A DNA stretch of 64,000 nt from Promethearchaeota archaeon. GTDB taxonomy: Archaea; Asgardarchaeota; Lokiarchaeia; Sigyniarchaeales; SOKP01. Where the stretch lies: positions 128,001 to 192,000 of the forward strand of contig JAHLWP010000002.1 of NCBI GenBank assembly GCA_019057865.1, in the 5' to 3' direction. Each line of letters opens with the position of its first letter. The first letter of the stretch is position 1. This document shows positions 10,175 through 20,335 of this stretch, in pieces. The notes under the pieces were generated by a model, which saw nothing but the letters and a program-made list of their open reading frames with translations, was not told where the DNA came from and ran no database searches. Made by a program: the position numbers and the translations under genes.

Positions 10175-12190
10175 TTAACACCAATTTTTTTTATATTTTT
10201 TTGTGAATTTCATAATACAAAGAGCATCTTTTATTATTAAATGTTGTGGTTTGATCCAAAAAAAGAGAGGGATCAAAGAGATAAGAATGGTAAATAATAA
10301 GATCCACTCTATTAAGGGACATAGAAATATACAATATAGAATAGACATACCTAGAGGAGAGATACCAAGTATTCCGTAAAATTTTGGAATATTTGTCTGA
10401 TTAAATAGAATACAGACACTAAAAGAAAATATCGAAAGTACAAATCCGCTAAAAGCTAGTCCTGCAAATGAGCCATGAATAATAATTTCTGATCCTGCTC
10501 TATCTAGGCTAAAGATTCCTACAAAGATATATCCCACATTTCCAGCTATACCAAAAATTAATCCTAATTTGGAAATCTCATAATTTATATAAATTCGCCT
10601 GAACTGATTGGACTTTTCTAGAAATACCTGCCTAAAAAGCAAAAAATTAAGAAGAATCATGGTAGCTCCACCTATAATACAGGCAAAATTAAAAAGAAAG
10701 GGCAACGGGGTAAACTGCTTGGAACCTAAAGCACTAATAGCGTGTGATGTGATGGTAAAGTGGGAGACATCTGATAGGAATGCTACAAAGATACTACTTA
10801 AAAGTAATGATAAATATATTAACAGTCCTGTCATCAAACAGGATTTTAATACTTTTGGTGTTATTAAAAAGTTATGAATTTGCAATTTAAATCCTTTAGG
10901 TTTAGGTGATAAGAAAAAACTATTATTATCATGCTTTATATCTTGAACTTGGTCATTTGGAGTAATACTTATTACATCAATTAAATTCCAGACTTCTTTA
11001 ATTAGCTGAATATTTTTGTTTAGTAGACCTTCAAAATAGTTGAAAAGAATATAATCATCAAAGCGATCTAATTTTGGATTATACTTCCAGCTTGGAATGT
11101 AGCCTCTAGGAGATAATCCTGCGTTAAAGAAAATTTGCTGGTGTCTAGGGTGATAGGCGGACAAAAATACTTCCAAATAGCGTACATTAAGTTCTTTCTT
11201 ACATTTCATAAATTCTTGTATAAACACATATAATTCTTCTAAGTTTTCCACCTTATATTCGGTTTTTTCAAAATTTTTAGCGTTTGGAGTATATAGAAAT
11301 CTGAAAAATGAATCTGATCCTGGAAAAGAAAAATAAATAGTCTCATACCCAAACTTATCCTTTTTTACTTTTTTAATGACTTTCTTTTTTAAAGTAGATA
11401 CTTTCTTAAAATCTAACCTGATATGGGGTGTTATAATATTATATTCCCCTAATTTATATCGAGCATCAGAGTAACGATAACAATCTATTACTTCAGGTAT
11501 AATTTGAGGAGGCTTTTTTCGTCTATATTGTCGCAATACCCTCTCATCATAGAGAATTTGCATGACATCCGATTCAATATTCCCTAAAAAAATATCTTTA
11601 TTAGGATAGAACCCAATTGGAGCAATTCCACACACTCTCATGGAGTATTGAGATTTAGCATGAGCTGTACGATTTTCCACATACCAAGTGTATATTTCAT
11701 TTTTGTATTTATGGCACATTCCGATCATGGAGCCAATCATCGCTTTTGTTATATCAATATAGCCTTGATACTCCTTCTTTAGCATGAACCCTCGAATATA
11801 CCCTCTCTTATTCTCAAAATCTAAGACAAAAGTAATACAACCTGCTACGTCAAATGAGGGATCTTGGTAGATAATCCATTGAATAGTTGGATCTTGTATC
11901 ATTTTTCTAACTTCTTGCTCATCTTCCATCTCCTCATAAGGATAGGTGCCATTGTATAATTCCTTATAGATCTCTACAATTTCTTTTGCATCTTCTGGTC
12001 TTGCTAATCTTAAGATGGGAGTAATTTTGTTGGTATGGGTCCGATCATTGATTTGAAAATCAAGATACATGTCCTTATGGATATCAGGATCAATTACATC
12101 CTCAAATGGTCTCAAAAATTCAGCAGTAGAGACGCAAAATAACTCATTTAACGAGATACCAGGAATCGAAACAGTTTCTTCGGAAAGCAT
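10175..12190 (-). CDS. GNAT acetyltransferase-like domains fused to a DUF998-like membrane domain
   Basis: LRLARPEDAKEIVEIY...YPY GNAT start; C-terminal AISALG...PFLFN...VGIF...H helices typical of DUF998. Confidence 0.7.
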   Translation of the reverse strand: MLSEETVSIPGISLNELFCVSTAEFLRPFEDVIDPDIHKDMYLDFQINDRTHTNKITPILRLARPEDAKEIVEIYKELYNGTYPYEEMEDEQEVRKMIQDPTIQWIIYQDPSFDVAGCITFVLDFENKRGYIRGFMLKKEYQGYIDITKAMIGSMIGMCHKYKNEIYTWYVENRTAHAKSQYSMRVCGIAPIGFYPNKDIFLGNIESDVMQILYDERVLRQYRRKKPPQIIPEVIDCYRYSDARYKLGEYNIITPHIRLDFKKVSTLKKKVIKKVKKDKFGYETIYFSFPGSDSFFRFLYTPNAKNFEKTEYKVENLEELYVFIQEFMKCKKELNVRYLEVFLSAYHPRHQQIFFNAGLSPRGYIPSWKYNPKLDRFDDYILFNYFEGLLNKNIQLIKEVWNLIDVISITPNDQVQDIKHDNNSFFLSPKPKGFKLQIHNFLITPKVLKSCLMTGLLIYLSLLLSSIFVAFLSDVSHFTITSHAISALGSKQFTPLPFLFNFACIIGGATMILLNFLLFRQVFLEKSNQFRRIYINYEISKLGLIFGIAGNVGYIFVGIFSLDRAGSEIIIHGSFAGLAFSGFVLSIFSFSVCILFNQTNIPKFYGILGISPLGMSILYCIFLCPLIEWILLFTILISLIPLFFWIKPQHLIIKDALCIMKFTKKYKKNWC

Positions 12191-12684
12191 TTTAGAATGA
12201 CTTTTTTTGTATGCATTTAAAAATTAAGATCTACATTTTTCAAATATATTTAAATGAAAAGACAAATTCAAATTTTTAATATTTCAGATGAAATAAAATG
12301 GAATTCTTCACGATACTATGAAGTTGGAACTTTCGATGGGACTATTATTCGGTGTTAATTGATACTTCTAAATTAAATACCTATGGCTTTTTACCAAAAG
12401 TGGGGCAATAGATTCATGTAGAAGGCTTTTTATCGAAAAATGAGAATGAATTGTACGTTCCCTCCATAAGTCGAGTTACCGTCTTAAAACATATTGAAAA
12501 TCCGAATCGATAAAAATCCTTTGTTTTCACTTATTTTTCTTTAAATATACCTATTATATGATATTTTCATGGAGTCATCAAGATCAATCTTTATGTGACA
12601 TACTAAGCATTTAAATGTTAGAAAAGGATAAATATTACTTGATTTGCGAAAACCTTTTAATTGTTAAAAAAGTAATAAGCTAAA

Positions 12685-13968
12685 GTGATTGGATTGATAA
12701 AAAATAAAGTAGTAAAGCTAACTGTAGCATTTGTAGTATTATCTTTGATGTTACTAAACATTTCGGCCTTTACGTCCCAACTTCACGGGCAAAAACAAAC
12801 GCCCACCAAGGTAGAATTTTTCCTACCTAACACATCAGACCCGAACGCGTTTATCTCGATCTGGAACACGACTCAGACAAGCTTGGATTCCAGCGGTAGC
12901 AATCAAGTGCGTTTACCCTTGCAATCGAGCGGAACATATAATTTCACGGTGGATTGGGGCGACACGAACACCGACACGATCACAAGTTGGAATCAAGTTG
13001 AGGTTACACACACCTATGCTTCTGCGGGAGTGTATACCCTTACGATCACGGGAACGATCATTGGCTGGCGGTTTGCTCATGTAGGAGATCGATTGAAGAT
13101 ACTTGAAATCCAACAATGGGGCTGCTTACGATTAGGAAATTCGGGGCATTATTTTGGGGGGTGCGAAAATTTAGAACTCACGGCTACCGATAATTTGGAT
13201 TTAACAGGAACGACCAGTTTATCTGATGCTTTTCTGGAATGCGCGAATCTCGGCAGTAACGGTGACATGAACGGCTGGGACGTCTCGAGCGTGATAGACA
13301 TGGACTTTATGTTCACTATGGCTTCTTCGTTCAACCAACCCATTGGCAACTGGGATGTCTCGTGCGTAACAAGCATGTGGTGCATGTTTGAAGGAGCCTT
13401 TTCGTTCAACCAGCCCATCGGCGACTGGGATGTCTCGAGCGTGACAGACATGCGTTTTATGTTCGAAGGGGCTTCTTCGTTCAACCAGCCCATCGGCGAC
13501 TGGGATGTCTCGAGCCTGATAAGTATGTTGGGCATATTCTACGAGGCTTCTTCGTTCAACCAGCCCATCGGCGACTGGGATGTCTCGGGCGTGACAAACA
13601 TGAATGCGATGTTCTACGAGGCTTCTTCATTCAACCAGCCCATTGGTAGCTGGGACGTCTCGAGCGTGACAACCATGTATGGAATGTTCTATGGGGTTAC
13701 ATTATCGACGCCTAATTATGATAACTTATTATTAGGCTGGTCACAATTAACCTTGCGAACCGATGTAATCTTTGACGCAGGTAATTCCAAATATAGCAAT
13801 GCTGCCAAGGATGCAAGACAATCTATCATTACTAACTTTTCTTGGACTATTATCGATGGGGGATTTGCATGGAGGGAAATTCCTATAATTCCAGGTTATA
13901 ATTTAATATTGATTGTTTCTGTGTTAGGTGTTACCATTGCCTTAGTGATTAAAAAAAGGATGTTGTAA
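12685..13968 (+). CDS. DUF285/BspA-like surface protein with PKD-like domain and C-terminal IPGY-TM-KK sorting signal
   Basis: VDWGD...HTYASAGVY; repeats of [23 protein letters not shown]; C-terminus [24 protein letters not shown]. Confidence 0.9.
   Translation: MIGLIKNKVVKLTVAFVVLSLMLLNISAFTSQLHGQKQTPTKVEFFLPNTSDPNAFISIWNTTQTSLDSSGSNQVRLPLQSSGTYNFTVDWGDTNTDTITSWNQVEVTHTYASAGVYTLTITGTIIGWRFAHVGDRLKILEIQQWGCLRLGNSGHYFGGCENLELTATDNLDLTGTTSLSDAFLECANLGSNGDMNGWDVSSVIDMDFMFTMASSFNQPIGNWDVSCVTSMWCMFEGAFSFNQPIGDWDVSSVTDMRFMFEGASSFNQPIGDWDVSSLISMLGIFYEASSFNQPIGDWDVSGVTNMNAMFYEASSFNQPIGSWDVSSVTTMYGMFYGVTLSTPNYDNLLLGWSQLTLRTDVIFDAGNSKYSNAAKDARQSIITNFSWTIIDGGFAWREIPIIPGYNLILIVSVLGVTIALVIKKRML
13273..13690 (+). 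repeat. Coding tandem repeat, 75-nt (25-aa) unit, about 5.5 copies
   Basis: Recurring gcttcttcgttcaaccagcccatcggcgactgggatgtctcg at 75-nt spacing. Confidence 0.9.
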
Positions 13969-14391
13969 AATGTCAATCCTAGATCCTCTTTTTTTTAAAC
14001 TTTTTACATTATTTCCTTTAGTATATTTATTAAATGCTTCTCCAATGAAAGTGTGATGTTACTAAAATTTTTTAGATGCTAATGAGTATTCTCTAACTTT
14101 ATTATTATTGATAAATTACTTAGACGGTAAATATAAGATAGATCTTATAGGACCACTTAATATTGAAAAGTGTTCGGATTCAATATAATGAATTTTAGGG
14201 AATAGAGAAGAGAAAAATAAATTGAAAAAGAAAAGGAAAGATAGAGGACATGCCTTTTAACGTCATATGATTATGAAATAATTGAAAGGGGAGGCCCTTT
14301 TCCATGACTATATTTACATAATTCTAAATCAAACAATCTTCCAGATTGGCTTTCTACTGAAGTATCACGATCCATTTTTGATTTGTATATT

Positions 14392-14610
14392 TTAAGCCCT
14401 AAAATAATTGATAATAAGGATCATAGTGATAATGATACTAATTCCAAATTCTGAAGTGCCTGAAAGAGTTAAGAGCAGATTTTCAATATTGGCAGGGATA
14501 ATCCCGATACCAAAATAGATCATGAAATAAAACCCGAAGATTAGATAAAAGGTTATAGTTTTTTGTTGATCATACTCTAATCTCATAGATAAGACCATTT
14601 TTATTTGCAT
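14392..14610 (-). pseudogene. Probable remnant of a membrane transporter N-terminus (MFS-like)
   Basis: Two hydrophobic helices followed by an early stop; the MFS assignment is weak. Confidence 0.3.
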
Positions 14611-14882
14611 AAAATATGAAATGACTGTATTTAAAGAAAAAAGAGTCTTTAAATTCTAAAAAAAAGGCTTAGATGAATTATGTATGTATAAAGACCATGT
14701 ATAGGGGTTAAACTCATTATCGAAATTCCATACGGTTGCGAACCCGTACTAATAAATCTTTATTCACAGATTCAATTTTAACAATTTTTATAAAATAAAA
14801 AAATCTAAATAATAAATTTTAAATTAACTATTAGTTTCTTGAAAATTATAAAGAGACAAAAAATATTAAATGGTCTTCGATT

Positions 14883-16277
14883 TTGAAAATTGAAAAATTT
14901 CACGTCACGAATTTTAAATCATTTAAGGACCTTAATTTTGATTTCAAGAAGATTAATGTTATTCTTGGACCAAATAACAGTGGCAAAAGTAATATTTTAA
15001 AATTTCTATTATTACTTAAACAAACGTTTATATCTTCTCTTAATGCTCCGTTAATCTTAAATGGCAACATTTTTAATTTTGGTTCATATAAAAATATTAC
15101 TTTTAATTTCAACTCTAATCCCATTGAGATCTATTTTAAATTCAATATTGAAAGGAAAGATACTAGACCAGTTTTTGCTAGATATATATTATTGGACAAA
15201 AAAGCAAGTAAATCATCATTTTCTGTAAAAATTAAATATTCTTATCTTGCAAAGATCAATAAAATTAAGATTGAAGATTTTGAATTGAAAGATCTTCAGA
15301 ATAACAATAAGCTTTTAGATTATTGTAAAGATGGTGAAACTAAATTAAAAAATAAAAATACACAGTACTATATAGATAATTTTAATATTAATTTAGATGA
15401 ACTCATTAAAATCTTGGGAGAAATTCCTAAATTTAAAATAAAAGCTAAGAAATTTATGATTTCTAGGAGATTTTCAAAAACAATAAGAGATAAGATGAAA
15501 TCTTCTGATTTTTTGCCTTTAATTAGTTATTTTAAAAAAGAATTAATAGCTATAAGAAAAGATGAATTTACCATAGAAATTAATGAAGAAACAAATTTTC
15601 CAACGATTTATACCAATATTACGACTGTATTTTTAGATGAAATCGAAATAGAAGAATTTTTTGAGACAATAAATCGATATTTAAAAAGAGAAATTATTTC
15701 TAAATTTATAGAATGCGAAAATATGGCCATACTAAGAAGAGATGTTTCAAATATTGTCAAAATTCTGAAGGACTTTAAAAAGATTCAAAATAATATAACG
15801 GAATTACAAGATAAATTAATAGTTTTGAAAACATTAATGATAGACTATTTCAGAAATGTTTTTTATGTCGGTCCTTTAAGAAATATTCCACAAAGATATT
15901 ATAGTGTTATTGGTGAACTAGCAAAGGATGTTGGAATTAGGGGAGAGTTTGCTCATCTTGTGTTAAAAACCTCCTTTGAGGATAGATCATATAAAGATTT
16001 ATTTGAAAAGCTTCAATTTTGGCTTGAAAGTTTTGAAATGGCTAAAACTATCAAGATTAGAAGTTATAAAGAAATTACTGAATTAATGTCGATTATGTTT
16101 AAAGAATATTTTTCGGGAATAAATGTTAACATAACAGATATGGGAATTGGAACATCTCAAGTTTTCCCTATAATCCTTGAAGGTTTTTTAATAGAATCTA
16201 ACTCAGTTTTATTAATAGAGCAACCTGAGATTCATTTACATCCTAAAGCACAATCGATATTGGAGAGATTTCTTTAG
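14883..16277 (+). pseudogene. AAA_15/AAA_21 ABC-type ATPase (OLD/AbiEii/DUF3696-like, defence-associated), C-terminally truncated
   Basis: NFKSF, GPNNSGKS, GPLR, DMGIGTSQVFPI, LLIEQPEIHLHPKAQ, then a stop before the expected H-loop (ETHS). Confidence 0.8.
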
Positions 16278-16816
16278 AGAATTTAGAGAATTTAGTATAC
16301 CCTTTTGAGTTTTCCCTAACTAAAGAGAAATTTGAATACACGCTTAAAAATCTGGGAGTGTATAGCGAAGTAATAGGAATTTATGTTAATAATAACACTA
16401 TAACTTTTAATGAGTCAGGTCAATTAGGAAATTCTGAAATTATTTGGAAAAAAAATCAGCTCAAATCATTAAAATTCAATCAAGAATTGCTTGAAAATGA
16501 ATTAGAGAAAGATGATATAAAAGAAGCAGAAAAAAATGAATTAGAAACTATTTTATCATCAAAACAATGCTATTCCTATCATTCATTAGAGTTTATTAAT
16601 TGGATACGGAAAATGACCTCTATATTAGATAATAATGATTGTATTACTTTATTTCTCAGAACGGGACATCCATTAAAGACATTATTAGCTTATAAGAAAC
16701 TTGAGCATACTTCCATGCTTTCATTTTTTACTCCCCGAATTGATGAAGAAGAGGATTTCGATGATGATGATGAAGAGCAGGAAGAGGAACTCCGATTTGG
16801 AGCTAATCTAATTTAG
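16253..16816 (+). pseudogene. C-terminal half of a PCNA (sliding clamp) gene
   Basis: Frame open from 16253: IDIGEISLENLENLVYPFEFSL...YSEVIGI...ITFNESGQLGNSEI...HSLEFINWIRK...ITLFLRTGHPLK...FFTPRIDEEE. The N-terminal domain is absent. Confidence 0.75.
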
Positions 16817-17399
16817 CAATTACAATGTTCTGAATTTTTTCTTGAACAAGTTCTATGATATCATCAGTATTAACTATACAATAACCCTCTTGTTCAGCAC
16901 GAGTAAGATAGAGATGCCTAACTTTATTTAGAAATCCTATATCTTCAAATTTTTCTAAAGCTTTGTCAGTTTTTCGTGCTAAAGCAATTTTAGGATCTAT
17001 ATCTAAGATAATAGTTAAATCGGGTTTACCAACAAATTTATTTATTTGTTTAATCCAATCAATAGAAATTTTATTTGATTGAACTGATTGGTATATTATA
17101 GATGATTCAATAAATCGATCAGATATCACGATATAACCTTCATCTAGTTTCTTTTTGATCTCATTGTGATAATGAAGATCTCTATCAGCAGCAAATAATA
17201 GAGCATCAGTTGTAGCCGGAATATCTTTATTTCTTAAAAACTCTCTTAAAAGAACTCCTATTTTGTTTCTTGAAGGTTCTCGAGTTAAATGGACTTTAAA
17301 ATCTTTATTTTCAAGAAAACCTTTAAGGAGGTGGCTATGGGTTGTAGTTCCAGCTCCATCTCCTCCATCTAGTACAATAAACAAAGAATTAAGTTTCAA
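16803..17399 (-). CDS. tmk: Thymidylate kinase
   Basis: FIVLDGGDGAGTTT, TREP, LLFAADR, ISDRF, KPDLTIILD. Confidence 0.93.
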   Translation of the reverse strand: MKLNSLFIVLDGGDGAGTTTHSHLLKGFLENKDFKVHLTREPSRNKIGVLLREFLRNKDIPATTDALLFAADRDLHYHNEIKKKLDEGYIVISDRFIESSIIYQSVQSNKISIDWIKQINKFVGKPDLTIILDIDPKIALARKTDKALEKFEDIGFLNKVRHLYLTRAEQEGYCIVNTDDIIELVQEKIQNIVIAKLD

Positions 17400-17596
17400 T
17401 TTGATACAAAACGGAAAGTTAGTAGAAAAATATATATTATTAAAAATTATGTAGGTTACTAATCAATAAAAGCTTATTTATTTCAAGTCGAATATATCAT
17501 TTTAATTATTTTTTTAATTGATAAATCCTATATGTAGTTGGTACTTATTTACAAAATTTCCAATAAAATTAAAAAGAGTAAATTTTCTTAATTAAG

Positions 17597-18001
17597 TTGA
17601 GATATATGGGTAAAAAAAAACCTTACGCATATTGTACTACTTGTGAAAAAGAGATTTCCAAGCCTAATAGGAAATCCATGGATAGTATGTATTATACAGT
17701 TTGGATCCTTATAATCATAGCTTCAATAGGTTTTGCAATAATCCCTCTACTTATCTATCAATTTATTATAAAAAAGAAGATATTTTGTCCTAATTGTGAT
17801 TCTATATTAGTATTTTATAGTACTCCTGAAGAATCTCCAGAACCAAAAACACAAATTAAGCGAATTCTTAAGACAATTGAAACTGAAAAAAAAGAAAAGG
17901 CAGAAGGTGAAACAGATGAAGACTATATGTTTTGCCCATTTTGCCAAAAAGAAATTACAAAGCAAGCAGAATTTTGTCCAAATTGTGGAGTTAAAATTTA
18001 A
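17597..18001 (+). CDS. LITAF-like CxxC-hydrophobic-CxxC protein with C-terminal zinc ribbon
   Basis: CTTC...hydrophobic segment...CPNC; C-terminal CPFC..CPNC. Confidence 0.7.
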   Translation: MRYMGKKKPYAYCTTCEKEISKPNRKSMDSMYYTVWILIIIASIGFAIIPLLIYQFIIKKKIFCPNCDSILVFYSTPEESPEPKTQIKRILKTIETEKKEKAEGETDEDYMFCPFCQKEITKQAEFCPNCGVKI

Positions 18002-18020
18002 AATTTAAATGAATTAAGAT

Positions 18021-18434
18021 ATGACGACAAAGAATCCAGTAGGTTATTGTCCTCATTGTAAAATGAATGTATTGTTAACTCGAGAAGATATTGATATTTG
18101 CCTTGCGATAATTTTACTAATTTTTACAGCTGGAATAGGTCTAATTATTTACCTTGTTATTTACTATAGTGGGGTAGAAGATAAATGTGTGCATTGTGGG
18201 ACACGTATAACTGCCCTACAAACACAACCAGTTAGTCAAATTTCATATCAACAACAAGCTCAACAAAATCCATATACTTATCAAACTCAGCCTACTCAAG
18301 AAGCCACAACTCCAGGTGTTGGAGGTGAAGTCAGAGGAAATAGAACTTTTTTTTGTACATTTTGTGGAGAAAAATTAGAAGTTGAAGGTATAAAATTCTG
18401 CCCTAATTGTGGAAGTAAAGTAGAAGTGAATTAA
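18021..18434 (+). CDS. LITAF-like zinc/membrane protein with C-terminal zinc ribbon
   Basis: CPHC...LAIILLIFTAGIGLIIYLVIYY...CVHC, Gln-rich linker, CTFC..CPNC. Confidence 0.75.
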   Translation: MTTKNPVGYCPHCKMNVLLTREDIDICLAIILLIFTAGIGLIIYLVIYYSGVEDKCVHCGTRITALQTQPVSQISYQQQAQQNPYTYQTQPTQEATTPGVGGEVRGNRTFFCTFCGEKLEVEGIKFCPNCGSKVEVN

Positions 18435-18437
18435 GAT

Positions 18438-18812
18438 ATGACGTCAAAAAATCCAGTAGGTTATTGTCCTTATTGTAAAATGAATGTAATTCTAAAAAGA
18501 GAGGGAATAAATATACCCTTAGCTATACTTTTAGGAATATTTACTGGTGGAATTGGTTTATTAATTTATCTTGCCATATATTACAATCGAGCAGAAGATA
18601 GATGTATAAATTGTCGAAACCGTATTTTCCCATTACAAACACAAGTGAATTCATCTAATTATCAAACTCAATCTAAATTAACAAAAACTCAGGAGAAAAT
18701 TGAGGAAGTAAGAGGAGATAAATTATTTTATTGCACTTTTTGCGGAGAAAAGTTAGATGAGAGAAATATAGAGTTTTGTTCTAATTGTGGAGGCAGAGTT
18801 GAATTAAAATAA
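18438..18812 (+). CDS. LITAF-like zinc/membrane protein with C-terminal zinc ribbon
   Basis: CPYC...PLAILLGIFTGGIGLLIYLAIYY...CINC; CTFC..CSNC. Confidence 0.75.
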   Translation: MTSKNPVGYCPYCKMNVILKREGINIPLAILLGIFTGGIGLLIYLAIYYNRAEDRCINCRNRIFPLQTQVNSSNYQTQSKLTKTQEKIEEVRGDKLFYCTFCGEKLDERNIEFCSNCGGRVELK

Positions 18813-19031
18813 ATATTCTTTGACCTCATTGATAAAAAATGCATTATTTCAATGTATAAATAAAGCCTTTAATTTATTGGAGAGCTTTTTATATTTTTAT
18901 AATCAAATCTAATTTCTCTCATTTTATATATAAAAATTGGACTAAAGATCATTTTAGTATGGTTTTAACTAGTTTTTAATTAAAGCCTAAAAAATAATTA
19001 ATAAATTTTAAAATAAGTTGGAGGAAAAAAA

Positions 19032-19403
19032 ATGTCGACAATGTATTGTCCTAATTGTAATATAAACGTGCTTACATCAAAAGATAGTCTTAATATACCT
19101 TTAGCAATACTTTTAGCAATATTTACTGGTGGTATTGGTTTATTAATTTACCTTGCGATTTGGTATTCTAAAGATGATAGATGTGTTCATTGTAAATCTG
19201 TTTGTCAGCCATCATTAAGCAATAATCAATCAGGTTCCAATTATCAAGCACATAATCAAACTTATCAAGTCCAAGAATATACCCCATTGCAGCAAAAACA
19301 ATCTGTTGATGTAAAAACAAAATTTTGTTATAATTGTGGCAGTAAAATAGCAGATCGAGAAAGTGCCAAGTATTGTCCTTATTGTGGGTCAGGAACCGAT
19401 TAA
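19032..19403 (+). CDS. LITAF-like zinc/membrane protein with C-terminal zinc ribbon
   Basis: CPNC...PLAILLAIFTGGIGLLIYLAIWY...CVHC; CYNC..CPYC; GGAGG upstream. Confidence 0.75.
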   Translation: MSTMYCPNCNINVLTSKDSLNIPLAILLAIFTGGIGLLIYLAIWYSKDDRCVHCKSVCQPSLSNNQSGSNYQAHNQTYQVQEYTPLQQKQSVDVKTKFCYNCGSKIADRESAKYCPYCGSGTD

Positions 19404-19426
19404 GTTTTTAATACAAATTCACTTTT

Positions 19427-20335
19427 CTATTTTAATTTTTTTTTTAAAGTTTTCATAAATTGGAAGAAATATTTATAGGAATCGTTAAAGTGATAATCCT
19501 CTTTTGAATATTCTAACCCTTCAGTGAAAATTTTATAGAACCCTTTCGTATCTTTATTTTTTATAACATTTCTATATTCTTTTATTAGATTTTCAAACAA
19601 ATCTAAGACTTTGTGAAACTCATTGTTTTCAATTTGAATATCACCAAACATTTCCATTTCCCTTTGAATAATACTTTCAGCAAAAACTTTTTGCAAAAGA
19701 AAAGTTGTTCCAGTGTATTTTGTTAACTCTGATAATGATTCATTTGTTCTTCTTAATAGGTTTAAAAATAAAATATTAAACATATGTGGAACCCCTAAAG
19801 TTAAGGCAATCTTTAAATCATGAAGTTTATGTGTAGTCTCAGTAATGATTAACCCAGAAATCTCAAAAATTCTCAAAAATTCACTCAGAATTTCATTATA
19901 CTGTTCTGTTCCTCCAACTTTTAGGGCTAATAAAACATAGTTTTTCATATTTTTAATAGCAGGCCCGAACATAGGATGAAGTGATAAACAGTTTATTGGA
20001 TATTTTTCGTGAACTTCATAAAGAGCCTTATACGTCTCACTTTTTAAAGAACAAATATCAAAAATTAGTGAATTTTCCTTTAAAAATGGAGCAATAGTTT
20101 TAATCATTTTTGGAGTAGATTGTATAGGAATTGAAACCATTACAATATCAGCATATTCAACACTTTTTTTGAGGTCCAATTCGTAATTAACTTCTAATTC
20201 TTCAGCAATTTGTTTTAATCGATCCTCATTTCGAGCAAATAATGTAATTTCAAACCCATGGCTCTTAAAAAATTTTCCAAAAATTTTACCCATACCACCA
20301 GAGCCACCAATAATAGTTAGTTTTTTTCCTAACAT
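19427..20335 (-). CDS. tyrA: Prephenate/arogenate dehydrogenase
   Basis: IIGGSGGMG, DICSLK, HPMFGP, HD...PH motifs. Confidence 0.9.
   Translation of the reverse strand: MLGKKLTIIGGSGGMGKIFGKFFKSHGFEITLFARNEDRLKQIAEELEVNYELDLKKSVEYADIVMVSIPIQSTPKMIKTIAPFLKENSLIFDICSLKSETYKALYEVHEKYPINCLSLHPMFGPAIKNMKNYVLLALKVGGTEQYNEILSEFLRIFEISGLIITETTHKLHDLKIALTLGVPHMFNILFLNLLRRTNESLSELTKYTGTTFLLQKVFAESIIQREMEMFGDIQIENNEFHKVLDLFENLIKEYRNVIKNKDTKGFYKIFTEGLEYSKEDYHFNDSYKYFFQFMKTLKKKLK

Noticed and set aside
13273-13690. Regularly spaced repeats resembling a CRISPR array
   Set aside because: They are in-frame 75-nt coding repeats of DUF285 with no unique spacers and no cas genes.
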